Source: a virus | Taxonomy: Duplodnaviria > Caudoviricetes | DNA: 26,948 bases | Direction: 5' to 3' (one strand) | IMG/VR virus record: IMGVR_UViG_3300020446_000063 | Location: 1 to 26,948 of that record | In this document: positions 18,375-26,578 of the stretch, one piece after another | Numbering within the stretch: the stretch's first letter is position 1 | Layout: the number at the start of each line of letters is the position of its first letter | Notes under the pieces: model-generated | Database searches by the model: none | What the model saw: only the letters and a program-made list of their open reading frames with translations | What the model was told of the DNA's origin: nothing | Translations under genes and position numbers: made by a program

Positions 18375-19617
18375 CACCAAAGTACCAGTAGAACTATTTG
18401 ATGCCGGTGCAGGTTTCACTATTGGTAGTGGAGCAGAAGAGGATATCAAACTTATTTTTGATGGTAATACAACAGATTATTATATTGGTCTTAGAGATTC
18501 TGGAGATAAATTTGTAGTTGGTAAAGGACAAACTTTAGGTACAGACCAAGTTTTTGAAATTTCAGATGGTACAAGCGCAAAACCTCAAGTTGGCGTTGGT
18601 TCAGGTGGAACTAACCCTATGAACATAACCTATACAGGAACAGCTCTTGCGATAAGCGACTCAAGTGACACAGCTAGTGTACAAATATCTGGAGGAAATG
18701 CTGCAAGAATGGATTTTGGTATAGGTTCAACTGCTCTTTTCAGAGTCTACAATGATGCCTCAAACTACACAGAATTTAAAAGAACAACCAACCATCCAAT
18801 TATTTTTGCTGTAAATAATGCAGAGGTTGGAAGATTTGTAAGCACAGAATTTAAACTTGCCTCTGGTAAAAAACTTGTCGGTGGTGCTACAAATGTAGAT
18901 TTCACAATTCAATCAGAACACAGAACTGAAATTATAGGTGCTAGTAAAGGGACTGTTATATTAAAAGACCAAGGTACTGCTTATGGTTTATTTGAAAGAC
19001 CTACAGGCACAAACGATTTTGATATACAAAATCCTATCCAAGATGGAGATATTAAATTTATTGGTAATGATGGTGGCTCATCGGTAACACCGCTAAGATT
19101 TGATATGTCCACAGGTGGTAGAGCTATATTTAATTCAGATTTAGTTGCTTTGGACACAGTAGGACAATATCTGCAAGTAGCAGGAACAGGCGGCACTTTT
19201 TGGGCGATAGGTTCAACAGGTGGTAGTAATCCCCCAACTACAGCTTCTACTACTTTAGCATTTCATCATTATGACGGCTCTGCTTGGAACAATGAAGTTG
19301 AGTTCGATAGTTCAGGTAATATTGTAGCTGACGGAAATATTACAGCTTTCTCAGATGTAAGACTCAAAGATAATATTGAAACCATAGAAAATGGTTTAGC
19401 TAAAGTTAATGAACTTAGGGGTGTGTCTTACAGCAAAGATAATAAAAAAAGTATTGGTGTTATAGCTCAAGAAGTAGAAAAAGTATTACCAGAGATTGTT
19501 ATTACAGGCAAAACTGAAGACAAATTAAAATCTGTAGATTATGGTAGATTAACAGCAGTATTAATTGAAGCAGTTAAAGAATTATCTGCCAGAGTAAAAG
19601 AATTAGAGGGTAAATAA
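18367..19617 (+). CDS. Tail fibre with C-terminal peptidase S74 intramolecular chaperone
   Basis: 'GNITAFSDVRLKDNI' (Ser329 at 19351), 'GVIAQEVEKVLPE', 'SVDYG.L.AVLIEAVKEL' with terminal coiled-coil; beta-rich shaft. Confidence 0.88.
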   Translation: MANTKVPVELFDAGAGFTIGSGAEEDIKLIFDGNTTDYYIGLRDSGDKFVVGKGQTLGTDQVFEISDGTSAKPQVGVGSGGTNPMNITYTGTALAISDSSDTASVQISGGNAARMDFGIGSTALFRVYNDASNYTEFKRTTNHPIIFAVNNAEVGRFVSTEFKLASGKKLVGGATNVDFTIQSEHRTEIIGASKGTVILKDQGTAYGLFERPTGTNDFDIQNPIQDGDIKFIGNDGGSSVTPLRFDMSTGGRAIFNSDLVALDTVGQYLQVAGTGGTFWAIGSTGGSNPPTTASTTLAFHHYDGSAWNNEVEFDSSGNIVADGNITAFSDVRLKDNIETIENGLAKVNELRGVSYSKDNKKSIGVIAQEVEKVLPEIVITGKTEDKLKSVDYGRLTAVLIEAVKELSARVKELEGK

Positions 19618-20288
19618 TGCCATTAGCTACTAGTGGAGCATTAACTTTAGACCAAATTCATGTTGAAGCTGGTGGTACTAGCGGTACTACTTGTTCTTTA
19701 AATGATTCTGATATTAGAGGTTTAACTGCTGCTGCCGGTAAAACTATTAATAGTACGTTAGGGACTAATATAGATTTTGGAGATTTTTACGGGGCTTCAA
19801 GTGTTTCAAATTTTACTATGGGTATGGTAGTTGGTTCCAAAATCACTACAAGTACTCCTCAATATGGTGCTTCCTCAACAAGCACGAGAAGGGGTTATGA
19901 TTCAAATGTTATTACAGGGTATGGATCTGTCTCTGGTGGAACTGCAACTTCTTCTGGATTAGGTACCACGGCTACTAATGGCTTTTTGTTTGGGGCTGAA
20001 ATACACGGTTGTGATGTTAGAGGTCAAAGCCCCGCAACTTTTACACCACGGTTACAACTGCGAGTGATAGGCAACATCACTAGCAATGGTGGCTTTACCA
20101 CGATGACCGTTGATGGAAATGCATTTCAAAGAAGTGCTGCTACTTTTGCAGGAACATCAACCACTGGTTCTAGCTGGGAGTGGGATTCTTTGTCTGTCTC
20201 TAATATAGGGCCTATAGCTTTAACACACAGCGCTTCTTTTCCTCCCTTTCCTGGCTTAGGAACCTCTATAAACGTTGTATTTACCTAA
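19617..20288 (+). CDS. Putative fibre-tip adhesin / receptor-binding protein
   Basis: N-terminal 'MPLATSGALTLDQIHVEAGG...SLND.DIRGL...I...DFYG' domain of the type found after S74 fibres; Gly/Ser/Thr-rich beta C-terminus; TAATG coupling to the fibre. Confidence 0.65.
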   Translation: MPLATSGALTLDQIHVEAGGTSGTTCSLNDSDIRGLTAAAGKTINSTLGTNIDFGDFYGASSVSNFTMGMVVGSKITTSTPQYGASSTSTRRGYDSNVITGYGSVSGGTATSSGLGTTATNGFLFGAEIHGCDVRGQSPATFTPRLQLRVIGNITSNGGFTTMTVDGNAFQRSAATFAGTSTTGSSWEWDSLSVSNIGPIALTHSASFPPFPGLGTSINVVFT

Positions 20289-21331
20289 TGAGTGAAATAA
20301 AAATAAAAGAAGAACCCATATATAGTAAGGTCATTGGCACTTATCCAGATGTAGACGAGAATAATTCTGCTTTTACTAGACTAAGTTTTAGTCTCCAACA
20401 TCCGATAACAAAAGAAGAAATATACTACCAACTAAATAAAGAGGATAGTAAAAACTTACTTATAGAAAAAGAAGACGGATTGTACGTTGAAGAAGACAAC
20501 GTAAATTATCTTATAAATGGTCACTGTGTTGAGGAGTACATAGAAGCTTTAAGTCTCGCATGGAGACCGGGGGAAGAAGCTGTTGATATACCTAGTGAAT
20601 GGTGGGACGAAGTACAAATAGTACCAAAAGATACAGCCATGTGGGATGAAGTTTATGTTGATAAAGAAATTGTAAAGATCGATTATAGCGTTGGCTGTAA
20701 AGGTGCGCTTCTAAATAAACTTAACAATTTAATATCTTTAGTTAGAAAAAAATTTCCTAACGACTCTGGTTTTAAAAATAATAAAAATAATATTATTGGT
20801 ATGTACTTATCTAACCATTCAATAAGACCACCTTATAAATCAAACAATACAATTACTGTCTATCATATGTACTACAAAAAAGATTGGTTTCAAGAATTAT
20901 TAAAAGAATATAAAGTTCCAGAACAGGGTTACAAATATTATTTTTGGTTTGGTTTTAAATATGATTTAGATTCAAAAAAGAGATATCTTAAATTGGTTAT
21001 AGAGAACAATGACACCACAAGTAACTACCAAGCTAATCCAGATTCTTTTATTCCAAGACCACAGTTACCACATTGTAATGAACCTTACTTTGCGAAAATT
21101 TATAACCCTGATGGTACTGAAGCAGATGAATATGACGTATTTTTTTCAACCACACCTAAAATTATGAAAGCATATTGTGAAGAAAATGAGTTAAGTTTCC
21201 CGTTTCCAGAAGACAAAGAAAATGAGTATATTTGGACTTATGGGTTAGTTTACGATAAAAAAACTCTTAAAATAAAACAAGTAAAAGGATATATTAAGAA
21301 AGCACAAGAGATTACACCTTGGTTGATATAA
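20288..21331 (+). CDS. Hypothetical protein (347 aa), possibly enzyme-like alpha/beta barrel
   Basis: Long ORF, TAATG-coupled to the adhesin; Tyr/Lys/Glu-rich soluble composition unlike the flanking fibre proteins; function not recognised (see findings). Confidence 0.8.
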   Translation: MSEIKIKEEPIYSKVIGTYPDVDENNSAFTRLSFSLQHPITKEEIYYQLNKEDSKNLLIEKEDGLYVEEDNVNYLINGHCVEEYIEALSLAWRPGEEAVDIPSEWWDEVQIVPKDTAMWDEVYVDKEIVKIDYSVGCKGALLNKLNNLISLVRKKFPNDSGFKNNKNNIIGMYLSNHSIRPPYKSNNTITVYHMYYKKDWFQELLKEYKVPEQGYKYYFWFGFKYDLDSKKRYLKLVIENNDTTSNYQANPDSFIPRPQLPHCNEPYFAKIYNPDGTEADEYDVFFSTTPKIMKAYCEENELSFPFPEDKENEYIWTYGLVYDKKTLKIKQVKGYIKKAQEITPWLI

Positions 21332-21426
21332 AATTAAATACAAAAGAGATAGATAAAAAATTCTATCAAAAAGTAAAAGAAGAAGAAAAATTAAGGAAAG
21401 AGTTTAGAAAAAAATTTTATAATTAG
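21319..21426 (+). CDS. Possible small charged protein (35 aa), not in the ORF track
   Basis: TTG GTT GAT ATA ... AAT TAG = (M)VDIKLNTKEIDKKFYQKVKEEEKLRKEFRKKFYN; fills the gap and ends 2 nt before the endolysin ATG; weak SD. Confidence 0.45.
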   Translation: MVDIKLNTKEIDKKFYQKVKEEEKLRKEFRKKFYN

Positions 21427-21428
21427 TT

Positions 21429-21800
21429 ATGTGGAAATATTTTACTGAAGACGAACTTAAGTGTAAGCATACTGGGATATGTAAAATGGACCCAGAATTT
21501 ATGGAAACCCTTGAAAAAATACGTGAAGAAGTAGGAATTCCGTTTATAATAACAAGTGCCTATAGAGATCCAACGCATCCTATAGAAGCGAAAAAATCAC
21601 AACCAGGAGCCCACGCAAGTGGCAAGGCTGTAGATATACTTGTACGAGGTTCGGATGCCTTTAAGTGTATAGAAGTAGCGTTAAAACACGGTATAACCGG
21701 GCTTGGTGTGAAACAACATGGCGACTCTAGATTTATACATTTAGATACTTTAGAGGCCACTAGCACCAGACCAAGACCTTGGGTTTGGAGTTATGGCTGA
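21429..21800 (+). CDS. Endolysin, peptidase M15 family (Zn-dependent peptidoglycan peptidase)
   Basis: 'YF...EL.CK', 'ITSAYR', 'H..GKAVDI' and 'FIHLD' provide the His/Asp/His zinc-ligand pattern of M15; adjacent to holin-like genes. Confidence 0.88.
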   Translation: MWKYFTEDELKCKHTGICKMDPEFMETLEKIREEVGIPFIITSAYRDPTHPIEAKKSQPGAHASGKAVDILVRGSDAFKCIEVALKHGITGLGVKQHGDSRFIHLDTLEATSTRPRPWVWSYG

Positions 21801-22071
21801 TTCACAAGAACAACGACTAGAGAAAATAGAAGAAAAACTAGATCGACTAGCAGACGCAGTCGTTTCCATTGCTCGTATTGAAGAACGAGTAGCTACCGTT
21901 TTAAGACAGAATGACAGGTTTTTTATTAGAATGGATAAGATAGAGCAACGTTTAGACGACGTAGAAGCACAATCCGATGTCAATTCTAATACAGGACGAT
22001 TCATAGAAAGATTTATGTGGATTGTCGTAGCCGCAGGAATAGGATTATTAGTATATTTTTTACGCACATAG
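21793..22071 (+). CDS. Coiled-coil protein with C-terminal transmembrane helix (holin/antiholin-like, XhlA-like topology)
   Basis: Heptad-rich N-terminus then FMWIVVAAGIGLLVYFL; lies between endolysin and holin; SD GGAG upstream. Confidence 0.6.
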   Translation: MADSQEQRLEKIEEKLDRLADAVVSIARIEERVATVLRQNDRFFIRMDKIEQRLDDVEAQSDVNSNTGRFIERFMWIVVAAGIGLLVYFLRT

Positions 22072-22080
22072 GAGGTATTT

Positions 22081-22482
22081 ATGGCGGATCCAATAACAAA
22101 CTCAGTAGTAGGTATTGCTGGCAGTGTTCTAAATAAGTTCGTTGCTGACAAAAATTTAAAAATGAAACTTGAGCATGAGCTCAAGACACAACTACAAACA
22201 GCTAATCTCTCACAGATTGAAGTAAATAAAATCGAAGCAGCTAGTAAAAACTGGTTTGTTGCCGGTTGGCGTCCGTCTGTAGGTTGGGGTTGTTCAGTTG
22301 CAATGATGGTGCACTTCATTGTATTACCTGTAGGTGAGTGGATTGCTGCGCTATCTGGTGTAAAAGTAGATATGCCAGAGTTTGATTTTACTCAATTGTC
22401 TACCATACTTATGGCGATGCTCGGCATGGCAGGACTTAGAACTTTCGAAAAGCAAAAGAAAGTAGCCAGAGGAGATGACTAA
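22081..22482 (+). CDS. Holin, 3TM gene-transfer-agent type
   Basis: 'EA...NWFVAGWRP.VGW' and 'L..ILMAMLGMAGLRTFEK' signature; strong SD AGGAGGT at 22070-22076. Confidence 0.85.
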   Translation: MADPITNSVVGIAGSVLNKFVADKNLKMKLEHELKTQLQTANLSQIEVNKIEAASKNWFVAGWRPSVGWGCSVAMMVHFIVLPVGEWIAALSGVKVDMPEFDFTQLSTILMAMLGMAGLRTFEKQKKVARGDD

Positions 22483-22485
22483 TAT

Positions 22486-24240
22486 ATGGCTTACTTTAAG
22501 CTAGTTAATTTTAATGGTATTGCACCACAAGTCTCACCTAGATTACTAGGTGAAGGCTTAGGGCAAACTGCGAATAATACAGACCTAGATCGTGGTGTAT
22601 TAACACCAATTACTAGTAATAGCACAACAGCTACATTAAATGCACAAACCAGAGCTGGTTTGTATAGGTATGAGTTTGGTGGGCAAGTTTATAACTTAGA
22701 GTTTACTAATGCTGTAAATGTACAACCGGGTCCTGTAGCAGATGATGCTTTTGACCGTTTGTATTGGACAGGTGCTGGGTTCCCACAAATGGGTAGTTCT
22801 ACACAACTACTTGCTTCTGGTTCTGGTGCATATCCAAGAAGTTTTTTTAGGTTAGGTATACCTGCGCCAACTAGTGCTCCAAGTACAAGTATAACTTCTG
22901 GTACAGATGATGGTACACAGACACAATACAGCACATCTTATGTATATACTTTTGTATCTGCATTTGGGGAAGAAGGTCCACCGTCGCCGGCGTCTACGGT
23001 ATTATCAAAAGTAGACGGGCAAACTGTAACTATCTCTGGTATGGACACTGCTACTTCTAAAAGTAATACTAATTTAGCTAATAAACGTATCTACCGTTCT
23101 AATACCGGTTCTAACACTACTAATTTTCAATTTGTAAAAGAAGTATCTTTGGCTACCGCAAGCACTACAGATAATTTAAATAATGATGCTTTGGCTGAAT
23201 TGATACCTTCTACTTATTGGATTGCGCCACCAGATGATGACACTAGCACTTATCCTAACGGACAGATGTTAGGTTTGACTGCTATGGCTAACGGTATTTT
23301 TGCCGGGTTTAGTGGTAAAAGAATTTGTTTTTCAGAACCTTTTTTACCGCACGCTTGGCCAGTAGCGTACCGCATAACACTTGAAGAAGAGATTGTTAGT
23401 ATAGCTATGGCAGGACAAGTATTGTTTATTGCTACCAAAGGTACACCTTACATAGCTGCTGGTACAGACCCACAATCTATGAGTGTAGTGCGTATGGAAG
23501 CAGCACAAGCATGTTTGAATAAAGAGTCACTTGTAGATATGGGTGACCTAGCTATCTATGCTTCACCTGATGGTTTAGTGGGGGCTTCGGGTAGTGATAT
23601 TGCAATACTAACCGAAGGATTGATTACACCTAAACAATGGCAGGCACAGTTCTATCCCTCTACAATTAAGGGTTTTCTATGGCAAGGTAAATATGTAGGA
23701 CAATATTATACAGGCTCTGCCTATGGTGCTTTTATGTTTGACCCCCGTGGTGGTAAGAACGCTCTTACAACAATTAGTTCAATAGCCACGGGTCATGCAC
23801 AAGGTGGTTTTACTGACCCTGATGATAATGAACTGTACCTTATTGATTATGATTCTGGTGGTGGTAATGCTCAAGTAGAGCTTTTTCAAGGTAGTGCTAC
23901 AAATACTACGCAAACATTTAAAACCGCACAGTTTGTTTTACCTAGACCTACTAGTATGAACTTTGTAAAAGTAGAAGCCGAAGCATATTCTGGTTCTGGT
24001 ATTACGGTAAAAGTATTTGGTGATGGTACAGAAATATTTGACGCTACAATTACAGCCTCTGGGTCCGTGTTTAGTGCAACAGGTTCTGCACCCACCTCTT
24101 TCAGTGCAACAACAATTATGGAACCAATTTTAAGACTACCTACTGGTGTACATAAAGTATATGAAGTAGAAGTATCAGGAGCGCATACTATAAATGAAGT
24201 CTGTATTGGAGAGTCTATAGATGAATTAAGAGCTATCTGA
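22486..24240 (+). CDS. Tail nozzle / tail tubular-like protein (933W/Stx-phage type)
   Basis: 'F.GIAP..SPRLL....Q.A.N', 'YVYTFVS..GEEGPPS', 'RIYRS', 'MANGIFAGF.G...CFSEP.LP.AWP..Y', 'QACL...S.V', 'YASPDGLV' motifs of the beta-propeller tail protein of short-tailed phages. Confidence 0.78.
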   Translation: MAYFKLVNFNGIAPQVSPRLLGEGLGQTANNTDLDRGVLTPITSNSTTATLNAQTRAGLYRYEFGGQVYNLEFTNAVNVQPGPVADDAFDRLYWTGAGFPQMGSSTQLLASGSGAYPRSFFRLGIPAPTSAPSTSITSGTDDGTQTQYSTSYVYTFVSAFGEEGPPSPASTVLSKVDGQTVTISGMDTATSKSNTNLANKRIYRSNTGSNTTNFQFVKEVSLATASTTDNLNNDALAELIPSTYWIAPPDDDTSTYPNGQMLGLTAMANGIFAGFSGKRICFSEPFLPHAWPVAYRITLEEEIVSIAMAGQVLFIATKGTPYIAAGTDPQSMSVVRMEAAQACLNKESLVDMGDLAIYASPDGLVGASGSDIAILTEGLITPKQWQAQFYPSTIKGFLWQGKYVGQYYTGSAYGAFMFDPRGGKNALTTISSIATGHAQGGFTDPDDNELYLIDYDSGGGNAQVELFQGSATNTTQTFKTAQFVLPRPTSMNFVKVEAEAYSGSGITVKVFGDGTEIFDATITASGSVFSATGSAPTSFSATTIMEPILRLPTGVHKVYEVEVSGAHTINEVCIGESIDELRAI

Positions 24241-25634
24241 TGCCTACAAAGAATCCAACAAAACTACCTTCTATACCCCCTATACCTTCTGATGTTGATC
24301 CAAAATTAAAAACTTATTTAAATGCTGTTGATGAAGCTTTAAAAGTACGTTTAGGTACGCTTGGCGACCCAAAAGATAGAGCAGTAACAGTGCGAGAACT
24401 TATCGATACTGGGCTAGCTGAAAACTTTTTAGAGAACCCTTTTAACCCAAATGCGGGCACACCAGATAATACTTTTATACCTACACAAAGAGTTGATGTC
24501 ACGATACCACCAGATGTTACTGGGTTTTCCGGTACAGGTGCATTTCAAAAAATTATTCTTTCTTGGGATCCAATACAGTTTGGTAACTTTGCTTTTACTG
24601 AAGTGTGGCGTCATACGAGTAATGACATAGGTAGTGCTACTCGTATTGATACTACTCGAGCTTCAGTATACGCAGATACTGTAGATTTAAACTCAGATTT
24701 TTATTATTGGGTCAGACATGTATCTACTTCTAATATAGAAGGGCAGTTTACCAATGGTATAAATGTAACCACTTCTAAGGTTTCTAGTTCAAATGTTACT
24801 GACTTTTTTGTTGCTGATGCCATAACTGCAGCTTCTGGTGTTATTGCCGATGCAGCGATAGGTACGGCTCAAATAGATGATGCTGCTATAACTAATGCAA
24901 AAGTAAATGATTTAAGTGCTGCTAAAATTAATGCGGGTTTTTTAAATGCAGACAGAATAACAGCAAACTCAGTAAATGGCGTATTAAAAGGAACTGCACA
25001 TTCTTTCGCTACCATAAAAGTAGAGAGCCAAAATACAGCTATAATTTCAGATATAGATAGAGATGGCACTATTCTTAATAATGTAGGAGGTAGTCATGTC
25101 TGCTATGGATACAGATGTGTAGTGGAAGACAACATGAGATTTGGTAATACTTTTGGAGCAAGCACGCCTTATTTTGCTTATAACAAACTACATAATGGTA
25201 ATTATTACAATATCCATCTAAAAAGACTTGGGAGTGTATCCTTTACCGTTATTAGCCAAACTCAAGGAGTTTATGCTGGTCAAGTACAAACTACTTTTTT
25301 TGGTTCATACACTGGAGATGAAAGGCTATTTATAACTGCATCTTTTGGTACTACAGGTACAACTCAATCTACTTATGTTGCAAGTGAAACAAATGGTTCT
25401 GGAGCCACAGGGACAACTACTTCAACTCAGTTTAATAAAGGATCGTCTTGGGTAGATTTTCATAATATGGGTTCTTCGGGAGCACAAATGAGAATGTCTT
25501 TTAACAGTTTTTATTTAACCACAGGAACTTACCACCTTAATGTTTGGGGGGGAGTAAGTCTTGCTGGCCCAAATTCTCAAGGTCAACACCAATTTGACAC
25601 AACTTTACTATCTGTATTTAAACAACATATTTAG
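24240..25634 (+). CDS. Tail tip fibre / host-specificity protein
   Basis: 'G..GD..DRAVT.REL', FN3-like 'G.F..I.L.WD......TEVWR...D...A.......VY.D.V......YYWVR.V' as in 933W-type tip fibres, then 'I.DAAI..A.I.DAAITNAK' repeats and a divergent beta-rich C-terminus; TGATG coupling. Confidence 0.78.
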   Translation: MPTKNPTKLPSIPPIPSDVDPKLKTYLNAVDEALKVRLGTLGDPKDRAVTVRELIDTGLAENFLENPFNPNAGTPDNTFIPTQRVDVTIPPDVTGFSGTGAFQKIILSWDPIQFGNFAFTEVWRHTSNDIGSATRIDTTRASVYADTVDLNSDFYYWVRHVSTSNIEGQFTNGINVTTSKVSSSNVTDFFVADAITAASGVIADAAIGTAQIDDAAITNAKVNDLSAAKINAGFLNADRITANSVNGVLKGTAHSFATIKVESQNTAIISDIDRDGTILNNVGGSHVCYGYRCVVEDNMRFGNTFGASTPYFAYNKLHNGNYYNIHLKRLGSVSFTVISQTQGVYAGQVQTTFFGSYTGDERLFITASFGTTGTTQSTYVASETNGSGATGTTTSTQFNKGSSWVDFHNMGSSGAQMRMSFNSFYLTTGTYHLNVWGGVSLAGPNSQGQHQFDTTLLSVFKQHI

Positions 25635-25636
25635 AT

Positions 25637-26032
25637 ATGGGAGGCATAATTACAATATATGAAAAAACAACCGGTTTTATTACAGGGATTAAAGAATGGG
25701 TAACTGAAACAGACAAAGCTGCAATACTAGAGAATATTCCTACAGAAACTCACGCATATAAAGAAGAGGCTGCACCCTCCTTACAACATAAATGGAACGG
25801 CACTGATTGGGAACCTATACCAGAACCAATTGAGTACGCTTTACTTGCAATTAGGATTAGGAGGAGGATTTTACTAAGTAATTGTGATTGGACTCAAGCT
25901 AATGACAGCCCCTTATCTGATGCAAAAAAAGCAGAATGGGCTACTTACCGACAAGCTCTAAGAGATTTACCTAGTAATTACACAGATACTGATGAAGCTT
26001 CTAAAGTAGAGTGGCCAGAGGAACCAGAATGA
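25637..26032 (+). CDS. Tail fibre assembly chaperone (Phage_tail_APC-like)
   Basis: 'IR..R..LL..CDWTQ..DSPLS..KKAEWATYRQALRDLP......WP..P' signature; directly after the tip fibre. Confidence 0.88.
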   Translation: MGGIITIYEKTTGFITGIKEWVTETDKAAILENIPTETHAYKEEAAPSLQHKWNGTDWEPIPEPIEYALLAIRIRRRILLSNCDWTQANDSPLSDAKKAEWATYRQALRDLPSNYTDTDEASKVEWPEEPE

Positions 26033-26178
26033 TTTTGTACACAGAAGAACAATTAGAAATAGCGTATACTGAGTATCGAAAACTGCACATGAGAAACAAT
26101 GTGCCGTTTCTTAAAAAAGAAGATTTTAGAGTATTATTTGAATTTCTTATGGAGAATACTACATTAGAATATGTATGA
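26029..26178 (+). CDS. Small hypothetical protein (49 aa), not in the ORF track
   Basis: ATGA overlap with the upstream stop, SD GAGG at 26018-26021; MILYTEEQLEIAYTEYRKLHMRNNVPFLKKEDFRVLFEFLMENTTLEYV; fills the gap exactly. Confidence 0.7.
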   Translation: MILYTEEQLEIAYTEYRKLHMRNNVPFLKKEDFRVLFEFLMENTTLEYV

Positions 26179-26551
26179 TATGACTATGTTTGAACTTACG
26201 TTAAATGACTTTTACGTTGAATTTTTAGGGTTTGTACTAACTCTATTAGTTGGTTTAGCTGTAAAAGATTGGGCGGTAGGCTTTGTAAAAGGCGCTACTT
26301 TCCGTTTGACGTCGTCATTCAAAGAAGGTGATAAAGTAATTTTAGATGGTGATACCGCACTTATTATAAAAGTAGGGTTTGCCCAAACAGTTTTTGGTGT
26401 GTATAACGATGATGGTTACACGTGGCGTTATATATCAAACCAAAAGATTGATACATTGAAGCTAGAAAAGATTGTAGACTCTGAGCTACATGCTGATACA
26501 GCTGAGGAGAAGGCACAAAAACTAAGGTCTTTTTTGAAGGAAGACGATTAA
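26171..26551 (+). CDS. Minimal MscS-like (small mechanosensitive channel domain) membrane protein
   Basis: One hydrophobic helix then 'GLAVKD....FVKG.......FKEGDKVILDG....IIKVG...T', matching the MscS TM3/beta-domain consensus; start may be 26171, 26180 or 26186. Confidence 0.65.
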   Translation: MYDMTMFELTLNDFYVEFLGFVLTLLVGLAVKDWAVGFVKGATFRLTSSFKEGDKVILDGDTALIIKVGFAQTVFGVYNDDGYTWRYISNQKIDTLKLEKIVDSELHADTAEEKAQKLRSFLKEDD

Positions 26552-26562
26552 ATTGCTAAAAT
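26534..26562 (+). promoter_or_regulatory. Putative sigma70-type promoter with extended -10
   Basis: TTGAAG (26534-26539), 17 nt, TAAAAT (26557-26562) preceded by TG at 26554-26555; followed by SD GAGGT (26569-26573) and ATG 26579. Confidence 0.5.
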
Positions 26563-26578
26563 ATTAGAGAGGTATAAT

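Noticed and set aside
21750-22319. 189-aa minus-strand ORF across the lysis genes (possible nested spanin or antiholin)
   Set aside because: Antisense shadow of well-supported plus-strand genes; no SD, lipobox or recognisable motif.
123-25069. Numerous other 60-170-aa minus-strand ORFs
   Set aside because: All lie opposite long plus-strand genes, as expected from codon bias; none has independent support.
25546-25552. G7 homopolymer near the 3' end of the tip fibre as a phase-variation switch
   Set aside because: Explained by Trp-Gly-Gly codons (TGG GGG GGA); the tract is short, and either slip only truncates the protein. Read-level indel data would be needed.
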